A stretch of 64,000 nucleotides of DNA from Octopus vulgaris (taxonomy: Eukaryota): NCBI GenBank assembly GCA_951406725.2, contig OX597819.1, forward strand, positions 37,324,001 through 37,388,000, read 5' to 3'. The notes under the pieces are model-generated. The model searched no databases. It had not been told where the DNA came from and saw only the letters and a list, made by a program, of their open reading frames with translations. Made by a program: the position numbers and the translations under genes. Each line of letters starts with the position of its first letter. Position 1 is the stretch's first letter. Shown here in pieces: positions 1-12,833 of this stretch.

Positions 1-512
1 GGAGTACGGGGTTCAAGCCTCTTCTCCTTATCTCCTCAAAAACATGCATCATCTCGAAAGAGTCCAGAAGCTGCCTACCCGCATGGTTCTTGGTCTCAAG
101 CATTTGTCTTATGAAGAAAGGCTGAAGACGCTCGACCTTTATTCTCTCGAAAAACGACGACGCCGTGTTGATCTCATTCTCGCTCGCAACATCATAAGCG
201 GAAAGTGTAACCTCTCGAAAGAGCTGTTCTTCACTCCTGCTCCGGAGCGTGGGCTGCGGGGTCACTCTGAAAAGCTCTATCTACGACGATTTCATCTCAA
301 TCGAAGGAGAGGGGCTTTCTCCGTCCGGGTTGCGGATCTATGGAATAAGCTGCCAGACGAGATAGTGAAGATGCCGACGACCGCTCGGTTCAAAGTCTCT
401 CTTGACCAGAAATGGCCTGAACTCTTTGTATGACCACTCTCCCTGTACATAACTCCATGTCCCCCTACATGGCCTTGCTTTTGCTTTTTGAGCCAATAAA
501 AATTGAATTAAT
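1..512 (+). mobile_element. CR1/L2-group LINE 3' end (RT C-terminus plus 3' UTR)
   Basis: ORF 44..433 has LERVQK..TRMV.GLKHLSYEERLKTLDLYSLEKRR, LRGHSEKL and FSVRVADLWNKLP, the typical post-RT C-terminus of CR1-group ORF2. AATAAA lies at ~495. Confidence 0.9.
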
Positions 513-915
513 TCTGTAAAACTGTGAAGCAACTTCTGTCTGGACGGGATATTTGTTAAGAGTCACTAATGACGCTATCAGTTTCCATCTGATAAATCGT
601 TCTATGATTTTTCCCGTATCTGGAATGAAAGATATAGGCCGGTAATTTTTAGTGCCTACTGTATTCCCTTATGGGTAGAGCATTTTATGTCTTCTTTCAA
701 CTGTTTCGGAGAACTGATAACTTGCAGGAAATCTTTTTAAAAAGCATCATAAGTGTTTTTGCCCGGGGTATTATTGGGAACTCTTCAGGGAATGTTACTA
801 AGTTTCGTGTTGATTTATCTCTCTCACATTACAGCTTCTCTACTTTTTATCGATGCGAAGCTCTGGTGTTGAAGACATTGTCTGACTTATTTACTTGTAT
901 GTCACATATATAGAT

Positions 916-950
<35 letters not shown>

Positions 951-1196
951 CACACACACACACACATACACACACACGTACATACATAACACTACTAATG
1001 ATTACGATATATGGGACTATAAAAATCATCAAGGCCTTCTTAAGATTCAAAGGATGACGAACAAATCAAGATGCTTTCTTTCACATCCTTCCTATCAAGT
1101 AGGTAGCCGGTCAAAATTTTCTCTAAATTAAAAAGAGAAAGGGAAGACCATACTTACATGCATACATGCTTGCATACATACATGCATACATACATA

Positions 1197-1750
1197 CATG
1201 GTGGCTGCCCCCTCGTTATCGAGTATGGCCATTGCACGAAGCTTAATCAATGTTGTTATCGTGCAATGTCTGTTCAAGATTTTTTTTCAAGTGAGCAAAG
1301 GCTGTGCACTGAGTCAATCCCACTCACTAAGCAACATCAGCCATAATCCGAAAAGAAGAACAAGTCAACATCATCGGTAACCACTGAGCCGCAGGTTTTA
1401 TATCGGAGTTATCCCAGTTACCTGGGTTACCTTCTCCTAGAATGATGCCCTAACAAAGGCTAGGAGTCCTTCACTCCCAATGGTTTAACCGCGCGATCGG
1501 GGTATTCAGTCCGATTATTTCTATGCCCCCGCACATGATACAGCCTTAAGACATTTATTGGATGGCCGTTGACCCTCAAGAGTTCCTCCGCCCTTTGACG
1601 GGTTTTGTTTTTCATCCCGCAGGGTGTCCAATAAACACCCTCCTCACCAAGCAAGCCTGGTGGGATTGCCAGTTTAGTTGCCGACGACCCGACCATGCAA
1701 CAGGTTGTACTGGGTTACATATTACCAGTAGCACTCGAAAGTGACCTGAC
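1197..1750 (-). mobile_element. Non-autonomous RTE-derived (bipartite) retroelement
   Basis: The terminus CATGGTGGCTGCCCCCTCGTTATCGAGTATGGCCATTGC resembles the 3' end of the RTE at 51431 (CATGATGGCCGTCCACTCGTGACCGAGGAAGACCATTGC). The remainder is non-coding and relatively GC-rich. Flanked by (CATA)n. Confidence 0.55.
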
Positions 1751-2084
1751 ATATATATATACATACATACATGCATACGTACATACATACATACATACAT
1801 ACATACATACATACATACATACATACATACATACATACATACACACACATACATATTTGTAAGACATTCCAAAGATTCTCCATCTGAGAGTTTTTAGAGG
1901 AATAGATGCACACACTCGGGTGTGTCATCGACAGCTCAACAAATGCACCAACTCAACCATATATTTACAAACACCAGGAACTCTTTTAACTCAAAAAGCT
2001 TTATCGCTTTGTTAGCGACCGGCTTGAACTCGCTTCAGACGAACTTAAATAAAACTCAAAGACAAAACATACATACATCATTGT

Positions 2085-2612
2085 ATCGACCATACTATCG
2101 GAGACAGTCATACATCGCTGGTCACAAATGCGTTTTCTCGCACCTTTGTAGCTTTCGAATGATGCCGCCTCGCTGGTTAGGCGGGCAGGTCAACATTCCA
2201 CCTGAACAGAATACCAGTTTGTCGCTGAGTTTCCCATTTACAACTGATTGGACTGGAGCAACATGAAATGAGTTTTACTCAAAAACAGAATGCTCCGCCT
2301 GTCTGGAAATCGTAACCAGGATCTTGCGATTATAAGTGCAACATCCTGGACACTATACATATTTCTTTACTACCCACAAGGGGCTAAACATAGAGGGGAC
2401 AAACAAAGACAGACATAGGTATTAAGTCGATTACATCGACCCCAGTGCGTAACTGGTGCTTAATTTATCGACCCCGAAAGGATGAAAGGCAAAGTTGACC
2501 TCGGCGGAATTTGAACTCAGAACGTAGCGGCAGACGAAATACGGCTACGCATTTCGCCTGGCGCGCTAACGTTTCCACTAACTCGCCTGGACACTATACC
2601 ATGTGCCTTCAC
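2085..2612 (-). mobile_element. tRNA-headed SINE (LINE-tail family), interrupted by a younger SINE
   Basis: Homologous to copies at 9581-9850 and 48182-48468. The head is split by the insertion at 2359-2585. Confidence 0.7.
2359..2585 (-). mobile_element. SINE family A (core GTCGACTTTGCCTTTCATCCTTTCGGGGTCGAT)
   Basis: Reverse complement of 6901-7134. 14-bp TSD CCTGGACACTATAC at 2345-2358 and 2586-2599. Confidence 0.9.
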
Positions 2613-3169
2613 ACACACTCACGCACACATGAGTGTGTGTGTGTCTGTTTATAGTTAGACAGACGTACATACGCATGGACACGCCCCCCCCACACACACA
2701 CATTCATACATATATACAGATTAAATCAAATTCCCCATATTTATAAGCTGCTAATACTTTCAAGCGATCAGCAAGAAAACGAAATATATCAATCGTATGT
2801 AGGGAGAGTTTTTATTTTATCCGTTTTAAATATTCATTTCCTCGGCTTAGAATAAATTCTATACTCGAAATACTTAAAATATTTCATAAGAATTGTGTAA
2901 ATTCAATACTAATAGCATTAGACGTACGTACCAAACTTAACATCTTCTGCACAAAAATTATTCACAAAATTTGTATATTATATGAAGAAATTTGAAGAAA
3001 CAAAGACTTTGTATGATACTCCAGGGAATAGTATACCATCACTCAAAGAGAGAAAACAAAAGGTTATAAAACACGGAACGAAATTATTGCAGAATATTGT
3101 AGTTCTGTAAGTGTAGTGAGTGATATCCAAAACAAAATGTATCCAGATTATTCCATTCATGTAGACTAG

Positions 3170-3202
3170 CGAAATCCGTGGAATTCCCACGGGTTTTGCT
3201 AG
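3170..3202 (+). mobile_element. Probable Helitron 3' terminus
   Basis: GC hairpin CCGTGG-AATTC-CCACGG followed by CTAG|T. The 5' end was not identified. Confidence 0.45.
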
Positions 3203-3974
3203 TGAATTAGCGATATGAAAATAACTTATTCAAATAATACTGTTTCTTCCAAAAACACAATTTTTCTTCGTATACGAAGCCCATTAAACTAAACATGGCT
3301 TGATTTTTTTCCCCATAAATAACTATTTTTTAAGATAAAATACACATAAGAGCATAAATAATGAAAACAATTTATCAATTTTTTGCCAGGAACAATTTTA
3401 GAATCTGTTCTTCCTTTCACTTATTTTCGTATCCAGATACCTTATTGCATCTGTTTGTGAGCAAAATTATATCTTCTGACAAACATTTCAGTCAAAAATA
3501 CCGTTCATTTCATATTGTAGCTGAGATTCGAACCCTAACCGCTAGATACTTAGTTATACACCACGAGTGAGTCATCGCAGTTTCACGTGATTGTTCTATA
3601 AATCAACCAATTCAGCGTGAAGCTGTGGCGTGATATGGTTTTCTCGAATGTTCCAAAATTTACCCTCTGTGACCTTATAAAAACAGTAGGCCGACAGGCC
3701 GCTGACGCCACAGATCACCTCGGGCTTTTGTGCAGACTACTCCAGACACTCGAACACACCACATGATATCCCACAGGTAGCACTCTATATTCACCGAGTA
3801 GTTTTTCTCTTCTCCCAGTCGACAACAATTGATATTTTTTCATTGTAATCAACACCAAATATATTATGTCCGGCAGTAAAATCAAAATTAAATATTCGTG
3901 AGTTTGCTTCAGTTATTATTCGCGCAGCCAACAACATTCTGCAGGTACACTACAACAATGATACTAAAAATATG

Positions 3975-4320
3975 TGCATTTGGCGCATGGCTCTGTGGTT
4001 AGAGCGTTGAATTCCCAGTTACGAGGTAGTGAGTTCGATTTCCGAAATGGGCTATGTGTTGTGCTCTTGAGAAAAAACACTTTATTTCAAGTTGCTCTAG
4101 TTCACTCAGCTGTAGAAATGAGTTGCGACATCACTAGTGCCAATTGTATCGGCCTTTGCCTTCCCCTTGGGTAACATCAGTGGTATGGAGAGAGGAGGCT
4201 GATATGCACGGACGACTGCTGGTCTTCCACAAACAATATTGCTTGGACTTGTGCCTTGGAGGGTGACTTTCTTGGTGCAATCCCATGCTCATTCATGACC
4301 GAAAGGGGTCTTACCCTTAC
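3975..4320 (+). mobile_element. tRNA-derived SINE
   Basis: A box TGGCTCTGTGG and B box AGTTCGATTTC. The body is shared with 5738-5968 (reverse). Confidence 0.75.
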
Positions 4321-4339
4321 ATACATACATACATACATA

Positions 4340-4549
4340 CATCATGGGCCCGGTTTCCTAGTTTCAATGGCGTATGTATTCCCCAGCTGGACGGGACGCC
4401 AGTCCATCGCATCGTTACTCATTTTTGCCAGCTGAGTGGACTGAAGTGTTTTGCTCAAGAACACAACGCGTCGCCCGGTCCGGGAATCGAAACCACAAAC
4501 TTACGATCATGATGCTGACACCCTAACCACTAAGCTACGCCCTTCCACA
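4340..4549 (-). mobile_element. tRNA-derived SINE
   Basis: Reverse strand reads TAGCTTAGTGG ... GGTTTCGATTCCCGG. The tail resembles that of the 32436 family. Confidence 0.7.
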
Positions 4550-5229
4550 TAAACTAATATATACTAAACTAAATTTTAAATATTTATTTATCAGTCTTAC
4601 GAATAATATAGGTAATAAAATGTTATATTTCTAATACATTATTTCTTAGATTTCGTTCCATAGTTTGAAGATGACACAAGTGGTATGTAGGTTGATGGAT
4701 AAGTAAGTAGGTATGTGCGTGCGTACGTACGTAGGTGGATAGGTATGCACTACTGTAGTGGTATGGAGACCAGCGGTAGTCGTAGAAATTTCATGGTTAT
4801 TTGAAAATTTTATGAAGTCAGAAGTTTATAGAGAACCATGAAATAAATAATTTCTTTTGAAATTGTATACTTTTTAAAAATATTGATGCTTTAGATGTTA
4901 TTCTTATGATGAGGCATCTCTGGCAACTTTATTCCTTGTTATACACCTTTTAACTTCTTCTACATCAAGAGCTATTATATGAAAACCTACGTGGTAGAAA
5001 TACAAATATGGCAAAATTAACGATTGCTCCATAGATTGAAAGAAATTATAAACAGCGTTAATTGATTTTCGAAATTTACTGGGTTCTCGTCAGAGATTCT
5101 ACATCATTTGACCAATCCCAGATAAATAAGAAGCAAATCTATATATTTCACTTAGCTTCAAAAAATAAACGATCTTAACTATGGAATGAAATCAAAGGCA
5201 GTCTGTTTATGATATTCTGCTGTTGAAGA

Positions 5230-5440
5230 CGATGAGCTAGCAGAATCGTTAGTACGCCGAGGACAATGCTTAGCAACATTTCGTTCTTCCATGCGTTCTG
5301 AGTTCAAATTCCGCCCCAGGTCGACTTTGCCTCCTTTCGAGATCGATAAAATAAGTACCAGTTGAGCACTGGAGTCGATTAAATCGACTTACTCCCTCTC
5401 TGAAATTGCTGGCCTTGTGCCAGAATTTGGAACCAATATT
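5230..5440 (+). mobile_element. SINE family A
   Basis: GAGTTCAAATTCC B box followed by the family core. Confidence 0.8.
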
Positions 5441-5737
5441 CTGTTGTATGACTAGGTGTATAATGTTTCAACAAATTTTAAAATACCTTTATATTCATAT
5501 CAGTGAACAATTCGTATAGCTAGACTTAAACCCGCTGTCGCATTAAACGCAATATCGCAGCTATGAATTATACATGAGCTATTGATTCTAAAAAGAAAAA
5601 CCAAAGCATAAGAGTAATTTAGGCGAAGGCATGACTGTATTGTTGAAAAGTCGGCTTCGTGACCATGTGGTTCTGAGTTCATTAATACTTTTACTGAAAT
5701 TTGGAAGATAGAAGGCCATCGTGTATATATATATATG

Positions 5738-5968
5738 AGCGAGATCCACTTCGGTCATGAATGACCATGGGATTGCACTTACAAAGTTACACTCTGAGGC
5801 ACAAGTCCAGGCAAGGTTGTTTATGGAAGGCCAGCAGTCGCCCATGCATACCAGCATCCCCCTCTCAACACCACTGATGTTATCCAAGGGAAAGGCAAAG
5901 GCCGATACAGCTTAGCACCAGTGACGTCGCAACTCATTTCTACAGCTGAGTGAACTGAAGCAACGTGC
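5738..5968 (-). mobile_element. SINE body (same family as 3975-4320)
   Basis: Reverse-complement match to ~4090-4305. Confidence 0.75.
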
Positions 5969-5986
5969 CATGTGCCTTCACTATTT

Positions 5987-6051
<65 letters not shown>

Positions 6052-6124
6052 TAAATAAAATAAAACATATGCATATATATAAACATATATGTACGTACCT
6101 ACCTGTACATGTACATATACACGC

Positions 6125-6400
6125 ATATATGAGTACAGGACACCAAAAGGACGTCGAACACAATGAGAAACGAAAACATAGACAAAAACCAAAGGAATTG
6201 GACATTTTTTTAAACAACAAAAACATAGAGTACAGGACAATTAACACAAAGAAAAAACCACTTCTTCAGTCGCTATGGTTTCATCTACTCTACATTTCGA
6301 AGGATAAAAGCGAGACGTATCTTCGACAAGAAACTTTCCTTCCTGCGAAAAGCAAATCAATTAAAATTCTGAGATCTTTTCGCAGAGGGGTAAAAAATGG
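6125..6400 (-). mobile_element. (TA)n-embedded element, family related to 17680-17856 and 41230-41415
   Basis: Shares GTACAGGAC...CTTC.TCAG...ATCTACTC..CATTTCGA with those copies. Flanked by (TA)n. Confidence 0.55.
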
Positions 6401-6442
6401 TATATATATATATATATATACATACATACATACATACATATA

Positions 6443-6497
<55 letters not shown>

Positions 6498-6900
6498 CGC
6501 ACCGTCTGTGTGTGTTTACGCTTCTGCCGCTTGAAGCTAGTGACGTTGTTGACACACAGTAATATAGTAGTTCGACAAATGCACATAAGCCAAATCAGTA
6601 CCAAACTACTAGAGTCGGTATGGTCCAGTAATAGTACCCTTGTAATACCCAGCATGAGTACTGCAATCCAATTACTGATGAGAAACGAAATCAATAAACG
6701 AACCATACTTAATTTAAAATATTTAGTTATCAGTTTTTCGAATAATGAAAATGATGTAAAATCTGTATCTCTAATAAGTTGTCATCGATTTCGTTTCATA
6801 GTTTACCTGTCAATTGCATTATGAATATTGTAAATTTCATCTCTTCGATTTCGTTCTATAGTTTGGACAATGACACAAAAGATAGGTAGGTAGGTAGGTT

Positions 6901-7134
6901 AAGGCGGCGAGCTGGCAGAAACGTTAGCACGCCGGGCGAAATGCCTAGCGGTATTTCGTCTGCCGCTACGTTCTGAGTTCAAATTCCGCCGAGGTCGACT
7001 TTACCTTTCATCCTTTCGGGGTCGATTAAATAAGTACCAGTTGCGCACTGGGGTCGATATAATCGACTTAATCCATTTGTCTGTCCTTGTTTGTCCCCTC
7101 TGTGTGTAGCCCCTTGTGGGTAGTAAAGAAATAG
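6901..7134 (+). mobile_element. SINE family A, full length, inserted in (GTAG)n
   Basis: GGCGGCGAGCTGGCAGAAACGTTAGC head, GAGTTCAAATTCC B box, family core and tail. Confidence 0.9.
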
Positions 7135-7468
7135 GTAGGTAGGTAGGTAGCTATGTAGGTAGGTAGGTAGGTAGGTAGGTAGGTACTACTGTATTAATAT
7201 ATAGATTTAGCCAGACAACGTTTCTTTGCCGCAATAAATCATAAATACAGATAAGAACTTTCACTATTTTCTCAATGGAACCTTGATAATTGACACTTGC
7301 TATTATTAAATTGTTCGTTTATGAAATAAATAAATCCTATTTTTTGGAATATGGTTTGGATATTCACAATAATTGCAACATTTGGTTTCAGGTAAAACTG
7401 CTTAATATAAATACTTTGCGTCTTGTGTCTCAATTAAATCTAAATTCATAAAATTAATATTTCAGCCG

Positions 7469-7505
<37 letters not shown>

Positions 7506-7848
7506 ATTTTTCTACATACCTTAATATATATATATATATATATATATAGCCCTAAAACGATGACATATTTTGAAAATTTCGTTTTTCTGAATGGTTACAA
7601 ATTATTAGCTTATGAAAAAGATGGTGAGATTTTGTTCACAATTGTTGTATGTATACAAATATCTGTGGGGGCATAAGTATGTGCGTGTACGTACGTTTCC
7701 ATATATGCATGTATACATATACGTGCGTACATACATACATACATACATACATACATACATACATACATACATACATACATACATACATACATACATACAT
7801 ACATACATTAATGTAAATACTAATAACGTGGGTTTGGTACTCAATATA

Positions 7849-8415
7849 TCGGGTTGTCCGGAAAGTCCGTGCCGATTTATAGTAGCTTACCTTTCGACTT
7901 ATTTTAGAACATGGTTGAGTCTAGAAAATAGAATTTGACTACACCTCCATTTAGAGCACAGTTTAAGATATCTTTTCGTGGAAGAAAGTTTAAGTTCCTA
8001 TAACCTGTGTTAATTCTGTAACCCTTTAAAATGGAAGATAAGAAAGTCTATTTTCGGCACTTGATGCTTTGGGAACCAGACAAAAATTGCTGCAGCTCGG
8101 CTGGGATGTGTTACCCCACCCTCCATATTCACCAGATATTGCTCCTTCGGATTTCCATTTATTCAGGTCTCTGCAGAATAGTCTTAATGGTAAAAAATTT
8201 TTATTCCTTGGATTGCGTAAAAATATACCTTGATGAATTCTTTGCCATGAAACCACCTCAATTCTGGGAAGAGGGTATTTTCAAGTTAAAGGAAAGATGG
8301 AGATGCATTGTGCAACAAAATGGTTCGTATTTAATTGATTAAAAATGTAATGGCAAGTATTTATTGACCATTTTCTTTCCTTTAAAAATCGGCACGAACT
8401 TTCCGGACAACGCAA
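7849..8415 (+). mobile_element. Internally deleted mariner DNA transposon
   Basis: ~30-bp TIRs (TCGGGTTGTCCGGAAAGTCCGTGCCGATTT / AAATCGGCACGAACTTTCCGGACAACGCAA) and TA TSD. The transposase N-terminus (MEDKKVYFRHLML) is joined to the C-terminal WDVLPHPPYSPDIAPSDFHLF motif. Confidence 0.92.
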
Positions 8416-8457
8416 TACATATGCTTAAGAATAAAGCATTGGTTGAGTACAAAGCGT

Positions 8458-8620
8458 AATATGAAATTAAATTAAAGACAAAGGAACAAGAAATTAAGCA
8501 ATGAATTTCGTTAGCCTACAGCTGTTTCTGCTGTAAGATGCATTGCACTCGGTAGCTCTAAGCTAATGAAGTTCATTGCATAATTTCCTGTCCCTTTGTC
8601 AATTATTTAATTTCATATAT
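8458..8620. repeat. Imperfect inverted repeat around a degenerate hammerhead half
   Basis: ~55-bp arms (ATATGAAATTAAAT..GCAATGAATTTCGTTAGC / GCTAATGAAGTTCATTGC..ATTTAATTTCATAT). The minus strand has GAAACAGCTGTA. Confidence 0.6.
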
Positions 8621-9010
8621 ATACGTGTGTGTGTGTTTGTATGTTCTTTGCTGTTTCTAATTGTTTAAATTTCTTCCTCTGAATAAGGTGTTGGTTTCTA
8701 ACAAAGATACAAAGCTCCATCGCTGGAATGTAGATAATGGAAACAATGTCACATTTTAAACTTGAGAAAAATCTTACATAGCTTCACTGTTCCGCTTACA
8801 GATTGTATTTGTAATGTAGGAGCCTGTTGGTTTCTGTTTTTGAAAATCCAAGCTTATCCAGACTGACAGGCATTTACTTACAAAAGCAAGTGCATCAATT
8901 ATCATTGATATAAATGGATAAAAAAAGCTGGAAGTTTCACAGAAGCTGTCCAAAATTATCTTCTTTCTCTTTGATTTTCAAACATTCACATCAGCAGGAG
9001 AGCTGACCTC

Positions 9011-9580
9011 TATGTATGTATGTATGTATGTATGTATGTATGTATGTATGTGTGTATGTATGTATGCATGCATGTTTGCAAACATGTATGTATGTCTATA
9101 TGTATGCATGTATGTATGTATGTATGCATCTATGTATGTATGTATGCATGCATGTATGTATATATGTATGTATGTATGTATGCATGCATGCATGCATGCA
9201 TGTATGTATGTATGTATGTATGTATGTATGTATGTATAGATGCATGCATGCATGCAAGTATGTATGCATGTATGTATGCATGTATGCAAACATGTATGTA
9301 TATCTATATGTATGCATGCATGTATGTATGTATGCATCTATGTATGTATGTACGTACGTACGTATGTATTATGTATGTATGTATGTATGTACGTACGTAC
9401 GTATGTGTTATGTATGTATCTATGTATGTATGTATGTACGTACGTATGTATTATGTATGTATGTATGTATGTATGCATACATGCATGCATGTATGTGTGC
9501 ATGTATGCAAGCATGTATGTATGTCTATATGTATGCATGTATGTATGTATGTATGTATGTATGTATGTATGTATGTATGT
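9011..9580. repeat. Compound (TATG)n/(CATG)n/(TACG)n microsatellite
   Basis: Read directly from the sequence. Confidence 0.95.
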
Positions 9581-9850
9581 GTCGACCAGACTATCGGATG
9601 TTGTTATACACAACTGGTCACAACGTGCTTCCTCGCATTCTTACAGCTTTTCGAATGATGCCGTCCCATTCGTTGAACAGGTACGCCAACGTTCTCCTTA
9701 ACGAGCAGCCAAACCATCGCTGTGCCGAGTGGACCGGCGCAGCGTTGATATGAAATATTTTGGTCAAGAACAGAACGCACCGTCGGTTTTGAAATCGAAA
9801 CCACGAGCTTGTAGTCGTGAATGCAACGCCCTGACCACTAGGTCTCCTCA
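9581..9850 (-). mobile_element. tRNA-headed SINE (LINE-tail family)
   Basis: Reverse strand has the A/B boxes and the TGTGACCAG...GTCTGGTCGA tail. Confidence 0.75.
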
Positions 9851-9852
9851 CG

Positions 9853-9900
<48 letters not shown>

Positions 9901-10135
9901 ATGTATGTATATGCACAAGTGTTATTTAAATAAATCTGTTTAAATGCTAGGTGTAGGAGTGGCTGTGTGGTAAGTAGCTTGATTTCCAACGTCATGGTTC
10001 CAGGTACAGTCACACTGCGTGGTACCTTGGGCAAGTGTCTTCTACTATAGCCTCGGGATGACCAAAGCCTTGTGAGTGGATATGGTATACGGAAACTGGA
10101 ATACATCCATTGTATATATGTATATATATATATAG

Positions 10136-10177
<42 letters not shown>

Positions 10178-10409
10178 GTGTGTATGTATGTGTGTATATA
10201 TATATATATGCACGTGTGTGTATATGTTTGTATGTCTGTGTTTGTCCCCCCAACATCGCTTGATAACCCACGCAGGTATGTTTACGTCCCCGTAACTTAG
10301 CGGTTCGGCAATAGGGACCGATAAAATAAGTACTAGGCCTCTACAGAGTAAGTCCTGGGGTCGAATTGCTCGACCAAAGGCGGTGCTCCAGCATGGCAGC
10401 AGTCAAATG

Positions 10410-10850
<441 letters not shown>

Positions 10851-10851
10851 T

Positions 10852-11061
10852 TGTTGTGTTTATTGAGCGAAAACACCTAAAAGCTCCACGAGGCTCCAGC
10901 AGGGGGTGGTGATCCCTGCAGTACCCTTTCACCACTCTTTCTTCTGTTGGCCTGCTCGCTTAGCTAGCGGGGTGGCGTCATTTGAAGGCTAAAACAATGC
11001 AAAGCGCATTGTGACCAGCGATGTGTAGCAACATCTGATAGTTTGGTCGGTCACGGTGATA
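10852..11061 (+). mobile_element. 5'-truncated SINE
   Basis: The start matches the body of the 34025-34402 SINE. The tail ends TGGTCGGTCACGGTGATA into (TA)n. Confidence 0.75.
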
Positions 11062-11125
11062 TATATATGTATATGTATATATATATATGCATATATATAT
11101 ATGCATATATATATATATACATATA

Positions 11126-11180
<55 letters not shown>

Positions 11181-11189
11181 GTATATATA

Positions 11190-11225
<36 letters not shown>

Positions 11226-11257
11226 ATTGGCCTACTTGAATTATTTTCCCACGGCTA

Positions 11258-11321
<64 letters not shown>

Positions 11322-11487
11322 AGGTGAGCTGAAGGAAATAATTCAAGTAGGCCAATGACATGAGTTCGCGTATTCACTTAAATTGCGAAGAAGGAATGAT
11401 TTACGCATTTCAGTTCATTAAGAATGTTTTGCTAACGTCATTCTGTACAACGCCTCCTACCTGAATTATATAAATATATATGATTAA

Positions 11488-11536
<49 letters not shown>

Positions 11537-11561
11537 TACATACATACATACATAGATACAT

Positions 11562-11602
<41 letters not shown>

Positions 11603-11604
<2 letters not shown>

Positions 11605-11837
11605 GGAGTAAACACATAAATGTGAAACAAGGTGGAAAAAAGAGTACTCAAATACCAGTGGTAGAGTAATATGCTTTATTTTAAGCAGCAGAAAATTCAA
11701 CAAAATCTGTTACTCTGAGTTTCTCGTTGCCGTTCATCAGACAGTTTTTGCTAGAATCTAGCAAAAACTGTCTGATGAACGGCAACGAGAAACTCAGAGT
11801 AACAGATTTTGTTGAATTTTCTGCTGCTTAAAATAAA

Positions 11838-11840
<3 letters not shown>
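11603..11840. mobile_element. (TA)n-embedded palindromic hammerhead element (Penelope-like pLTR or retrozyme relic)
   Basis: Perfect inverted repeat 11674-11838 with a 1-nt centre at 11756. A hammerhead motif lies in each arm, with (TA)n on both sides. Confidence 0.75.
11768..11805 (+). ncRNA. Minimal type-I hammerhead ribozyme motif (mirror copy on minus strand 11707-11744)
   Basis: ctgt-CTGATGA-a-cg-gcaa-cg-a-GAAA-ctcaga-GTA-acag. Stem I is ctgt/acag, the core is intact, and stem III (ACTCAGAGT) is near-palindromic. Confidence 0.75.
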
Positions 11841-11879
<39 letters not shown>

Positions 11880-12395
11880 GTATATATGTATACACATGTA
11901 TATATTTAAATACATCTTTACACACACACACAAGATTGTATATATATAATGCTCATACATACATACATACATACATACATTGCCATAATCAAAGAACGTA
12001 AATATTCTCGTTGGGAAGAATAGCAACTATTTTGGCAAAGTTTCATCTACCTGTGATATAGCGAAGATATAGTGGTGGGGAGAGGTTAATATATATATAT
12101 TTCATTCTGTGAAGATCATATTGCTATTAATAACCGTAGTGACCTCGTAGGTTTCGTTCGAAGATTACTTCTTTAATGGCTGTTTCTCAATCCTACAAAC
12201 ACGCACACGTATACACACGCACATATATACACCCGCACATAGACACATATACTCACATACAAAGAAAATGGAACAATACTCATATTTCGTCTGTTAAAGT
12301 TTGCCCGAGAATGTATGAAAATCAGTTTATAACACTGAATGTTTGTGTACTTTAGTTCAAACGACTGTTGCTAAACGATTATCATAACATGGTTT

Positions 12396-12833
12396 GGATC
12401 TTTTCGGTTTGAACGGCAGTTTTTAACATAATTTCTAGCTAACTAAAAAATTTTAAACTTCGTATACTGGTAGAATGTGTTTATAAAACATATTTTTCTC
12501 TTGGCTTTATTGAGAAAATTTTATAGCTTGTAAGATATTTGTGTGTTCTTTTTCTTCAATTTCTGCAATTCCAACCAATCATTGACGTCTATTGAGGTAA
12601 AAAAAAAACATTCTGTGCCTTATGAATATGTCCCTCGTTTAAGAAACAGATTGGGTTTATTTACATTTGTGAAGAAAAAAAGATACCCTTCCCCCCACCC
12701 CTAACCCTAACTCTAACTAACCCTAACCCTAAAATAGATTGAAATGCAATAGATCGATACTAGGGTCAGAATTATGGGTGACAATTTCATATGACACCGC
12801 TAGAAAAAACTGCCGTTCAAACCGAAAAGATCC
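12396..12833 (-). mobile_element. TTAGGG-containing MITE
   Basis: TIR GGATCTTTTCGGTTTGAACGGCAGTTTTT and 8-bp TSD CATGGTTT. Confidence 0.95.

Noticed and set aside
6670-6700. CTGATGAGAAACGAAA as a hammerhead
   Set aside because: There is no credible stem I or stem III.
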